From an uncultured delta proteobacterium (GTDB lineage Bacteria; Desulfobacterota; Desulfobacteria; Desulfobacterales; B30-G6), in NCBI GenBank assembly GCA_963823335.1, contig CAWGLD010000007.1, positions 32,001 through 96,000 of the forward strand: 64,000 nt of DNA, written 5' to 3'. The notes beneath the pieces were generated by a model that saw nothing but the letters and a program-made list of their open reading frames with translations, was not told the origin of the DNA and searched no databases. Numbering within the stretch: position 1 is the stretch's first letter; every line of letters starts with the position of its first letter. This document shows positions 20,570-29,745 of this stretch, piece after piece. The translations under genes were made by a program, and so were the position numbers.

Positions 20570-21673
20570 TTATGTCATATAAACACCATATTTGTGAACA
20601 GCCTCAACGGCCGCTCGAACATTCTCCAAGGGGGTAGTTGGGCCGATGTTGCATAGATACAGGCAAAAGTGCCCGTTTTTCCCACCGATTTCGATGTACT
20701 GTTTCACCCGCTCGGCTACTTCCACGGGTTTACTCAAGGCCAGAAAACCGGCACCAATGCCAAGCACCAGAGCAACCCTGTTTTTTTCAGCATAGGCCTT
20801 GTAAACTGCAGGGCCGATTTTGGCCACATCTGGATCCTGACCTTCCACAAAATCCGGGCAAACCCGAAGCTTTAAATCGAGAAGTTCTTCAGGTCTTCGC
20901 AGATAACTTTCACCGACCCAGTTAGGCACATAAACCTGTGGACCGCAAATCTCCCGCAATCTGAGAATATAGGGGATAATCCAGTCCTGCAGAATAGAGG
21001 TGTTGACAATGGGCAACGAGGCCATTGCATCACTTCCGCATATACTCCGGGCTGTTGGAAACTTCTCTTTAAGGTAAAGGATCCAGGGGATGATCACATC
21101 TTCGGTAAACCGATCAAAAAGTTCCTTGGCAAAGGTGGGGTCCGTCATGATATCCATGATCAACCGTTCAACGCCTCGTGCATTCGCTGCCATGGTAAAG
21201 GGTGCACAAAAGTTCAGCGTCGGATCCTTATCGACCCACTCACGGTATAGGGTGTTCATTTCAACAACCATGGGGAAGCGCCCGTCTGTCGTGAAATCGG
21301 GCGTTTGGATCTTTTTCAGGTCATTCCAGTTTTTAATCAACGGGTCAGTGCGGTCAACATCAGGCGAATTATGCTTGCTGTAAATTATTTTCTGTCCAAT
21401 CGCCTCAACTTCAATATTGTAAATATCATAATCCAATAAAGGAACGTCCAGATCATATTTATGCGCCGTTGATAAAATTGCTGAAACCAGACATTGCGGA
21501 TCTGAAAAGAATTCCGGGGCATCGAGACCGGATTCTTTCATTGCCAGTTCATGAATTTGAGCAAAGACCGGAACCCGGTCCGGTATGCCTGTCAAGGCAT
21601 TTTCCAGACGGGTAATCCCTTCCTTAAAAAACGCATAATCGGGCGACCCGGCGCTGTTCAAGGAAGGTTTCAA
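20570..21673 (-). CDS. Uroporphyrinogen decarboxylase / MtaA-CmuA family (methylcobamide methyltransferase-like) protein
   Basis: PDRVPV, DIYNIEVEAIG, APFTMAANARG, TPLENVRAAVEAVHKYG; last gene of the mttB operon. Confidence 0.75.
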   Translation of the reverse strand: MKPSLNSAGSPDYAFFKEGITRLENALTGIPDRVPVFAQIHELAMKESGLDAPEFFSDPQCLVSAILSTAHKYDLDVPLLDYDIYNIEVEAIGQKIIYSKHNSPDVDRTDPLIKNWNDLKKIQTPDFTTDGRFPMVVEMNTLYREWVDKDPTLNFCAPFTMAANARGVERLIMDIMTDPTFAKELFDRFTEDVIIPWILYLKEKFPTARSICGSDAMASLPIVNTSILQDWIIPYILRLREICGPQVYVPNWVGESYLRRPEELLDLKLRVCPDFVEGQDPDVAKIGPAVYKAYAEKNRVALVLGIGAGFLALSKPVEVAERVKQYIEIGGKNGHFCLYLCNIGPTTPLENVRAAVEAVHKYGVYMT

Positions 21674-24136
21674 TTACATCCGTACCTTTTGACTCATGGG
21701 ATCATACATCGGTTCGAGGTGGATCTCGATGGGAAACAGCTTCCCGGCAACGTTGATTTCATAATCCCCCGCCATGATCCAGTCATCATCGATGCCATCG
21801 GAATGTTTCAGATAACACATTCCGATGGAGCACCCATACAGATGAGAATAGGCGCCATGGGTATTTTCACTCATCAGTTCCCCATTGCGATAGATGGGTT
21901 CATCATGGTAAACTAGCGGTTCGGGGTTTTTTAGTGAGAACATGACCAGCTTGCGTTTCAGACCGGTTTTCTTTTGCCGGGCCAGTGCCTCCTTACCCAG
22001 AAATGATGCTTTCTCCATTTTGACACAGAACCCCAACCCGGATTCGAAAGGTGTCTGATCCGGTGTAATGTCGGCCCCCCAGTGTTTGTAGCCCTTTTCC
22101 AATCGCAGGGAGTCCAGGGCATGCAGACCGACCAGCTGGAGGTTGTATTTTTCTCCTTCCGCCATCAGCGCATCAAAGACGTTATTTGAAAATTCTGTCG
22201 GTATGTACAGTTCCCACCCCAGTTCCCCGACAAACGACATGCGGATGGCCAGCGGTCTTGCATAGGCGACATTGATCTCTTGTGCGGTGGCAAACGGAAA
22301 CGCCGCGTTTGAAAGATCGGCATCGGTCAGATTTTGCAGAAATTCCCGTGCGTTCGGACCCATGACGGCGAGCATTGTGTAGCCGGAGGTCACCTCGGTC
22401 AGGGTCACGAAATCATTTTTCTTGATGTGACGATTTATGGTGTCGAAGTCCCGGACACCACAGGCACCCGGACTGACAATAAAGAATTTGTCTTCAGCCA
22501 GACGTGTAACCGTGATATCCGCTTCGATACCCCCCCGTTCGTTGAGCATCTGTGTGTAGACCACCTTACCAACCGGCACATCCACGTCATTGCAACAAGC
22601 ATATTGCAAGGTCTTCATGGCATCACGCCCCTGAACGAGAAATTTAGCCATGGAGGAGAGATCATAGACACCCAGATTTTCACGTACCGCCATATGCTCT
22701 GCAGCCGAGTATTCGAACCAGTTCTGGCGCCCCCAGCTGTATGCATATACCGGTGTTACACCCTCGGGAGCAAACCAGTTGGCACGCTCCCAGCCGGCCA
22801 CCACACCAAAGCAGGCACCGCGTTGTGCCAGTCTGTCGTGAAATGGCGTCTGACGGACATTTCTGGCGGTCTCCGGTTGTTTAAACGGCCAGTGATCCGC
22901 GTACAGATTGCCAACGGCTTCGATGACACGGTCGTGGACATAGCGCGTATTCTGCTGCCAACCGTAAAAACGCCGTACATCCACGGCCCACAGGTCTTCT
23001 TCGGGATAGCCCTGATCCATCCACTGGGCCAGTGCCCGGCCGGCGCCCCCCGCACTGGTGATGCCCACCGAATTCATACCGGTGGCTACAAAAAGGTTTT
23101 TGACACCGGGAACCTCACCCAGCATGTAAGCGGTATCGGGTGTAAAACTCTCCGGCACCGTTGTGAGGCTGTTAATTTCCGCTGTTTCAAAAGCCGGTAC
23201 TCTTTTTATCGCGTTTTTCATGAATATTTCGAATTGATCCCAGTCTTCCTGGAGCTGGGTATATTGAAAATTTTCCGGAATACCCTGCATACCCCAGGGC
23301 TTGGCCACCGGTTCAAAACCGCCCATAAGAAGACCGCCCATCTCCTCCTTGATATAGATATAGCCATCCATATCCCGCACATACGGCATCCCCTTGTAGG
23401 TTCCCTCCATGGGATTGGTGGTCATGTGCATGTGTTCGGCAGCATACAGCGGAAAGCTGGCACCCATCATCTTACCCAATTCACGCGACCACATACCAGT
23501 GCAATTGACCAGAAATTCACATGCAATGTCCCCCTGGTCGGTGGTAAGCCCGCTGACGGTGTCCAGCCCTGAGACGATGCCGGGTTTAAAATGGACGCCG
23601 GTTACCTTGACGTTCTCGATGAATCTGGCACCACCTTTTCTGGCGCCCTTGGCCAATGCCTGGGTTGTATCTTCGGGGTTGGTGTGTCCGTCGTTCGGCT
23701 GGAACCATGCTGCTTCAAGATCGTCGGTATGCAGCAGGGGAAACAATCTTCGGGCTTCTGTCAGGCTGATTTCTTCCATTTCAATGCCGAATGCACGCGC
23801 CATCTGCATGGATCGATCATATTCTTCTTTGCGTGCCTTGGTCTGTGCGACCCGGATGGAACCAGGACGCTGATAACCCGTAGGCTGCCCGGTCTCCTCT
23901 TCCAGACGGGAATAAAGATCCGCGCCGTAAACAGCGAGTTTGGTCAAGGCGGCATTCGACCAGAGCTGGCCCAGCAAGCCTGCTGCAGCCCAGGTCGTTC
24001 CGGATGCAATCGTTTTACGCTCCACAACCACGACATCCTTCCAGCCTAATTTACACAAGTGGTAAGCGACACTGCAACCGACAATACCACCCCCGACAAT
24101 GACAACCTGCGCGTGTGTGGGTAACTGTTCTGCCAT
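21674..24136 (-). CDS. Sarcosine/dimethylglycine dehydrogenase-like FAD oxidoreductase with GcvT THF-binding domain
   Basis: VIVGGGIVGCSVAYHL, ESFTPD, GWERANWF, SFVGELGWELY, SLRLEKGY. ATG 24136 follows AGGAGG. Confidence 0.88.
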   Translation of the reverse strand: MAEQLPTHAQVVIVGGGIVGCSVAYHLCKLGWKDVVVVERKTIASGTTWAAAGLLGQLWSNAALTKLAVYGADLYSRLEEETGQPTGYQRPGSIRVAQTKARKEEYDRSMQMARAFGIEMEEISLTEARRLFPLLHTDDLEAAWFQPNDGHTNPEDTTQALAKGARKGGARFIENVKVTGVHFKPGIVSGLDTVSGLTTDQGDIACEFLVNCTGMWSRELGKMMGASFPLYAAEHMHMTTNPMEGTYKGMPYVRDMDGYIYIKEEMGGLLMGGFEPVAKPWGMQGIPENFQYTQLQEDWDQFEIFMKNAIKRVPAFETAEINSLTTVPESFTPDTAYMLGEVPGVKNLFVATGMNSVGITSAGGAGRALAQWMDQGYPEEDLWAVDVRRFYGWQQNTRYVHDRVIEAVGNLYADHWPFKQPETARNVRQTPFHDRLAQRGACFGVVAGWERANWFAPEGVTPVYAYSWGRQNWFEYSAAEHMAVRENLGVYDLSSMAKFLVQGRDAMKTLQYACCNDVDVPVGKVVYTQMLNERGGIEADITVTRLAEDKFFIVSPGACGVRDFDTINRHIKKNDFVTLTEVTSGYTMLAVMGPNAREFLQNLTDADLSNAAFPFATAQEINVAYARPLAIRMSFVGELGWELYIPTEFSNNVFDALMAEGEKYNLQLVGLHALDSLRLEKGYKHWGADITPDQTPFESGLGFCVKMEKASFLGKEALARQKKTGLKRKLVMFSLKNPEPLVYHDEPIYRNGELMSENTHGAYSHLYGCSIGMCYLKHSDGIDDDWIMAGDYEINVAGKLFPIEIHLEPMYDPMSQKVRM

Positions 24137-24204
24137 GGGAACCTCCTGCATGGAATCTGAACGATTGGGTAACACTTTAAAAAGAATCATTACAATGGTT
24201 AATG

Positions 24205-24451
24205 CTTCAACTTTCGGTTTTCACCATCGATAGAGCGAAATGGGTGATCCAATGGCGATTTGCGCTGTTTGAGGCGCTTAGGGATTCTCACATCAGCGCA
24301 TGAAAATAAACATCCAACATGAAAACCTGTCCATTTGGAAACCATGCCTGTTTAACCATATGACCAGCGCTGATGTTAGAAGTCCTTTCGGCGAGTTCGC
24401 AAAGCGCCAGGGGATTATTCATTTCGTGTTCGCTGAACCCATGAAGTTGAG
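24205..24451. repeat. Long imperfect inverted repeat filling the intergenic region
   Basis: 24235-24299 is complementary to 24367-24427 (ACATCAGCGC/GCGCTGATGT; TGGCGATTTGCG/CGCAAAGCGCCA; CGAAATG/CATTTCG), with outer TCAACTT/AAGTTGA. Confidence 0.7.
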
Positions 24452-25921
24452 TTAACCCACGCCCTGCTCTTTCTCGGCTTCGTCAACGATCTCCCGAATG
24501 TCCTGGAGCACGCTGTCTGAGAGCTGCGGCGGTTCGTACGTCTCCAGGATATCGATCATCTTGTCGTGTGCACGCTGGTAGAGGTCTGTGCTGCCGTCCG
24601 CCTCCCAGTCTTCGCGCATGCGCCGGTCCATCAGTTCGGCTCGGGATTGCGATGCCCTATGTTGATACGTTGATTCATGGGCCAGGTAGTCTTTTCCGAT
24701 GCCCATCTCCCTGATAATGTCCACCGCCAAGGTCTCTTCGTTGACGGGTATACCTTTTACGGTATATTTAATCATTTCTGCAATTTCATTGTCGATGACC
24801 AGCTGTGCTAAATCAAAGGTGATTCCCATTTCGAGCATTCCCAGGCCGTATATGACGTTGGCTCCTGCCAGCGCCGGTAAAATGCCTGTAATGGTCTTTT
24901 CATGTCCCGACTGGGCATCGACCACCTTGCTGTCGCCCTAACCACCGGCGACGAAACACGGCAGACTGTAATAACGCGCCAGCCTTGCGACCGCGGCACT
25001 GATCATACCGGTTTCCGGCGATCCAACGGTTGCGGTAGCCCGGCGCAGGTCCAGCGGGCAGGTGGAGCTGCCATACATAAAGGGAGAGCCCTTGCGGCTC
25101 AGCTGGCTCAGCACCAGGCTGGAAAGCACTTCACAGTTCTGCACAACCAGGGTTCCCGCAAGGTGGATCGGAGCGGAACCCCCGGACATGGCCATGCCGA
25201 TAACGTTCACCCCCAGACCGTGCCTGGCCGCGCCCATGATGATCTCGCAATGGTGATCCGTAAGCTTCAACGGGCTGATGGGGCAGGTGGTAAACGAGAG
25301 CAGCGGCCGTTCTCTCAGCTTCTCCTTGCTTCCTGAAATGGCCACGCATATGTCTACAATTTTCTCCAACTGAAACCCGTTGACCGGGCCCAGCCAGTGA
25401 TGCTTGGTGGTGTTGGTCAGAGAAGCTTCCGCATTGTGGATCGCCTGGACCTCCGGCGGTTTGTCGTGCGAACACATAGCGCGCTCGTAAGTCTCCACGT
25501 TCTCCAGATAATCGATGAGGCGTGACGCTTTTTCGATGTCCGCCTTGGTGGTGTCGCGGTGTTCACCTGTATCGGGATCGACAAAGACAATCCCTTCACC
25601 AAAATTGGTAAACGTCACCCGGTTGTCCTCCAGCACCACGTCACTCTCAGGAATTCTTCCATAGGCAATAAACGTGGCCGGTGCGGTATGAATGGCATCC
25701 TCTACGACAAAATGGGGAATTTTTACGGTGCTACTTTTTGCATCAACCGTACAGCCCGCCCCGTGGTATATTTCAAGGGCTTTTTCATTTTCGACGAATA
25801 CACCGGTATTACTCAAAACTTCCAGTGTCGCCAGATGAATTTCATGAAGCTCGTCATCGGTCATGAGATTGAGACTGAATCCGCTGTTGCGTTTGATACC
25901 GGCTTTTGGTCTACGTTTCAT
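24452..25921 (-). CDS. mttB: Trimethylamine:corrinoid methyltransferase MttB, pyrrolysine-containing (489 aa, amber codon 328)
   Basis: ORFs 24938-25921 and 24452-24925 are in one frame, joined by TAG at 24940-24938: YSLPCFVAGG-[TAG]-GDSKVVDAQSGHEKT, matching the Pyl context of MttB. Confidence 0.93.
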
Positions 25922-25951
25922 AGTGCCTCCTTGCTCGCCCTATATTTGATT

Positions 25952-27433
25952 TTATTTCTTTTTTTTCACTTCCATCTCGTATGCGTCGACAATCTCTTTC
26001 ATGGCCTCGGAGACTTTGTCAGGCAGGGCATAGGGCTTATGATTTTCAAGGATGTCGATGGCTTTTGCATAAGCGCGATCCCTGATACTTTTGCCTTGCG
26101 TTACATCCATCCAGTCACCCCGCGAGCGTCTGTCGAACAGTTCGACCCGGGATTGGCTCCTCATGTAACGGAGATTCTGTTCGTGGGTGATGTAAGCGCC
26201 GCCGGGGCCGACCTCGTGTATGACATCCATGGCCAGGGTCTCGTCATTGACGACGACACCCCCGAGCGCGATTTGAATCATACGGATCATCTCCGCATCC
26301 ATGATCAGCTTGGCGTAGTCCATGGTGAGTCCCTGTTCCAGAACGCCGGAACCGAAGATGATGTTCCCGCCTGAAAGCGCACTCAGCGTAGCGCTCAGGG
26401 TAAATTCATAACCGGATTGGATATCCGGCTCTTTGCTGTCCGATGCACCGCCGCCCACCCAGCCGGGCAGTCGGTAGTACTGGGCCATTTTGGCAAGCGA
26501 TGCGTTGATCATACCATACTCGGGAGAACCGATGGCGGAGGTGCCGAATCTCAAATCCAGAATCGTGCTGGTGCTGCCATAGGTGCAGGGCAAACCTTTT
26601 TTCACCAACTGGGCCAGGGCGATGGTTGCCAGGACTTCGGCATTGTGGGTTACCAAGGTACCTGCCAGGGAAGCGCTGGCTGTTCCACCGGAGAGAGCCA
26701 TGGGTATGATGAGAATCCCCAATCCGAGCCGGGCGCTCTCTATGATGACGTCGCAGGTATTTTCTCCAAGGGTAAGCGGACTGATGGGGCAGACGTTGAC
26801 CGTAAAAATGGGTCGTTTCTGAAATATTTCCTTGCCACCCACGCACGCCGATGCGAGTTCGACCATTACCTGCAGGGACCTTGCCGAATCTGCACCGAGA
26901 AAGATATGCTTACCGGTGTTGGCCAACATGGCTTCGAGATTGTGCAGAGACTGTGTGCCATCCATGACATCTGTCGAGTTGACCATGCGCTCGGCTACAC
27001 TGATCTCGTCCAGATAGTCGCCTACCCGGACCAGTTCACCACAGTCCTTTTTGGTCGCCCGCCGAACTTTTTTGGTATAGGGATCGATAACGTTGATGCA
27101 GCCGCCGAATGTGGTAAATCCAACACGGTTGGGCTCCATAATAAAGTCGTCGGCTGGGTTCCTGGCATCGTACACAAATGTGTGCGGGGACCTGAAAGCG
27201 GACTCCTCCACCAGAAACGATGGAATTCTCACGATCCCGAAACCCTCATACCTCTCCACCATGGCACCGCCGCCGTGAAATATTTCGAGTGCCTCCTCGC
27301 TCATCACCTTTATCCCGGTGTCCTGGAGGATTTGCAGGGTTGCATAGTGGATCGAATCAAGCTCGTCCCGTGATAATGAGCTCAGCCCCAAGCCCGAAGA
27401 TGCACTGATTCCACTTCTGAAACGTCTTTTCAT
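25952..27433 (-). CDS. Non-pyrrolysine MttB-superfamily methyltransferase (Ala at the Pyl position)
   Basis: Collinear with the adjacent mttB; LPGWVGGG-A-SDSKEPDIQSGYEFT. Start trimmed to MKRRFRSG (ATG 27433). Confidence 0.9.
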   Translation of the reverse strand: MKRRFRSGISASSGLGLSSLSRDELDSIHYATLQILQDTGIKVMSEEALEIFHGGGAMVERYEGFGIVRIPSFLVEESAFRSPHTFVYDARNPADDFIMEPNRVGFTTFGGCINVIDPYTKKVRRATKKDCGELVRVGDYLDEISVAERMVNSTDVMDGTQSLHNLEAMLANTGKHIFLGADSARSLQVMVELASACVGGKEIFQKRPIFTVNVCPISPLTLGENTCDVIIESARLGLGILIIPMALSGGTASASLAGTLVTHNAEVLATIALAQLVKKGLPCTYGSTSTILDLRFGTSAIGSPEYGMINASLAKMAQYYRLPGWVGGGASDSKEPDIQSGYEFTLSATLSALSGGNIIFGSGVLEQGLTMDYAKLIMDAEMIRMIQIALGGVVVNDETLAMDVIHEVGPGGAYITHEQNLRYMRSQSRVELFDRRSRGDWMDVTQGKSIRDRAYAKAIDILENHKPYALPDKVSEAMKEIVDAYEMEVKKKK

Positions 27434-27730
27434 GACACCCCCTGTCACCAAATATGGTGCTTTGTAGCCGTGTCTGATCTGCTGTATGTCTTCAAAAGTC
27501 TTTGGTAAAATCAGGAATTGAGATAGCAAGAAAGATTTTCAGGATCCAATACCTTTTATTGGTTTTTTAAGCAACTATTTATGATAAAAAAATTCTTGAT
27601 TCCACTTTTTTTTGGTTCAATTAATTTAGTTCAATTAAAAGGTGAATTTCTCAGATCTCTTGACTTTGGTCGCGATACAAATTAGAGTCATTTTTAACTG
27701 CGGCAAGACAATGTGCTATTTATCGTGCAT

Positions 27731-27897
27731 CGAAGAACCTCACAGCATGCGAAGCACTGCCGAACGGCAGAACCTACGAAAAATGTTGTGATGTGCGGCA
27801 GTGCTTTGCAGCGACCATAAGAGATTCTGCCTAATTTAGATTCGCTCGCTAACCCCGCAGTAAGCTGCGGGGTTAGCGCAGGCTATTGCGGTTCAAA
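27731..27897. repeat. Dispersed repeat family B, longest copy
   Basis: Contains the CTGCCGAACGGCAG hairpin and the perfect 14-bp hairpin CGCTAACCCCGCAG-TAAG-CTGCGGGGTTAGCG, ending GCGGTTCAA. Confidence 0.75.
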
Positions 27898-27924
27898 TTT
27901 CAACTTACATAACGTGGTAGAAAA

Positions 27925-28881
27925 ATGAATACAATTCTCAGTTTGGTACTCAAACGACTGGCATTTGGTCTGGTGACCATTATCGTTATCTCAGTTTTAA
28001 TTTTTATCGGGGTGGAGGCGTTGCCCGGAGATCTGACCGAGGCAATTTTGGGACAAAGCGCTTTGCCTGAGACAATAGCGGCCTTTCGCAGGGAACTGAA
28101 ACTGGATCTTCCCCCGCATATCCGCTATTTCGCCTGGCTGGGTGATATAATGCACGGAAACCTCGGCAATTCCCTGGCGAACGGGAGGCCCATTGCTGAT
28201 CTGGTTGGCTGGCGATTTGCCAATACGCTCTTTCTGGCGTCCTCAGCAGCCGTGGTTGCCGTGCCCTTCGCTATTATGCTGGGTATCCTCGCTGCGCTAT
28301 ATCGCAACAGCTTGTTTGACCGGGCCATTTCCATCGCTACACTCAGTACTATTTCCTTTCCCGAGTTCTTTGTGGCCTATATTTTGGTGGCGTTGCTCTC
28401 GGTCAAATTGGTTGTGTTTCCCAGTATTTCAAATATCAACGACGGTATGGCATTTTGGGAAAAGATTCGAGCAATTGTCCTGCCCTGTTTGACCCTGACA
28501 CTGGTGGTTGTCGCTCACATGATGAGACAGACACGTGCGGCCATCATCAACATCCTGGCCAGTCCCTTCATTGAAATGGCTCATCTGAAAGGCATAAAAC
28601 GGTTACGGGTTATCGTGGTGCACGCTTTTCCGAACGCTCTCTCGCCCGTGATCAATGTGGTTGCGTTGAATCTGGCCTATCTGGTTGTGGGTGTGGTGAT
28701 TGTGGAGGTCGTTTTTGTCTATCCGGGTCTGGGGCAGTTGCTGGTGGATTCAGTCTCCAAACGAGATCTTCCGGTCGTACAGGCAAGTTGTCTCATTTTT
28801 GCCGTGATCTACATTAGTCTAAACTTGCTCGCTGACGTACTGTCTATTATCAGTAATCCTCGCATGCGAAATCCTCGATAA
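27925..28881 (+). CDS. Peptide-type ABC transporter permease (DppB type)
   Basis: EALPGD, FIEMAHLKG, VEVVFVYPGLG, RDLPVVQA. Confidence 0.92.
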   Translation: MNTILSLVLKRLAFGLVTIIVISVLIFIGVEALPGDLTEAILGQSALPETIAAFRRELKLDLPPHIRYFAWLGDIMHGNLGNSLANGRPIADLVGWRFANTLFLASSAAVVAVPFAIMLGILAALYRNSLFDRAISIATLSTISFPEFFVAYILVALLSVKLVVFPSISNINDGMAFWEKIRAIVLPCLTLTLVVVAHMMRQTRAAIINILASPFIEMAHLKGIKRLRVIVVHAFPNALSPVINVVALNLAYLVVGVVIVEVVFVYPGLGQLLVDSVSKRDLPVVQASCLIFAVIYISLNLLADVLSIISNPRMRNPR

Positions 28882-28893
28882 GGAGAGCATTCA

Positions 28894-29718
28894 ATGGCGG
28901 TTTTCAAATTATTGAGACAATCACCCTGGAGCGCACGATGCGGCATAGCTATCGTGCTGCTCAATATTGGCGCCGCAATACTCGCACCGGTGGTGGCACC
29001 TTATGGTGAGACTGAAATAACAGGCGATGTCTGGATGTCCATGAGCGGCGACCATCTACTGGGTACCGATCACCTGGGGAGAGACCTGTTCACACGCCTG
29101 CTTTATGGCGCCCGCAACACCATTGCAATCGCTTTTATTACCACCATGCTTTCGTTTGTGGTCGGAACTGTGTGCGGTTTTTTTGCAGCGACGCTGAAAG
29201 GATGGGTCGATCAACTTCTCAGTCGCCTGGTTGACATTCTCATGGCGTTTCCGACCCTCATTTTTGCTTTAATGGCCTTGTCCGTGGTCGGGACATCCAT
29301 TGGTGCCTTGATCCTGGTGATCGCACTGTTGGACTCGACCCGGGTTTACCGCTTGTCACGCGCTGTGGCAATGGACATCGCCGTCATGGAATATGTTGAG
29401 GCTGCACGGCTGCGTGGTGAAAAAACCTGGTGGCTCATGCGCCAAGAAATCCTGCCCAACGCCATGCCGCCACTCGTGGCCGAATTTGGCCTGCGGTTCT
29501 GTTTCGTATTTTTGTTCATCGCCGCATTGTCCTTTCTGGGTCTTGGCATCCAACCGCCTATGGCGGACTGGGGCGGCATGGTCCGGGAAAATTCCGGTGC
29601 GATCACGTTTGGCATTTTCATTCCCTTGTGGCCGGCCGGGGCAATCGCTTTTCTGACAGTGGGTGTCAATTTAATCGTCGACTGGTTTCTACATGTCGCC
29701 AGCGGTTTGAAAGATTAG
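28894..29718 (+). CDS. Peptide-type ABC transporter permease (DppC type)
   Basis: HLLGTDHLGRDLFTR, EYVEAARLRGE, LSFLGLGIQPP. Confidence 0.92.
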   Translation: MAVFKLLRQSPWSARCGIAIVLLNIGAAILAPVVAPYGETEITGDVWMSMSGDHLLGTDHLGRDLFTRLLYGARNTIAIAFITTMLSFVVGTVCGFFAATLKGWVDQLLSRLVDILMAFPTLIFALMALSVVGTSIGALILVIALLDSTRVYRLSRAVAMDIAVMEYVEAARLRGEKTWWLMRQEILPNAMPPLVAEFGLRFCFVFLFIAALSFLGLGIQPPMADWGGMVRENSGAITFGIFIPLWPAGAIAFLTVGVNLIVDWFLHVASGLKD

Positions 29719-29745
29719 CCATCAAGCTTATGATACGGTGAATAG

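Noticed and set aside
22334-23572. Long antisense ORFs (also 26417-27373, 58147-59034, 60412-61503, 8365-9156)
   Set aside because: They shadow well-supported genes on the opposite strand and show no recognisable motifs.
24205-24451. 6S RNA call for the long hairpin
   Set aside because: Longer than typical 6S RNA, lacks the usual zapA/ygfA context, and no recognisable consensus.
24452-24925. Treating 24452-24925, 34521-34880 and 47650-47985 as separate genes, or the loci as nonsense pseudogenes
   Set aside because: Each is in frame with the upstream ORF across a single TAG at the known Pyl site and completes the family-length protein.
24880-24937. PYLIS-like hairpin downstream of the sense TAG codons
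   Set aside because: No convincing stem shared among the three genes; the similarity is explained by protein conservation.
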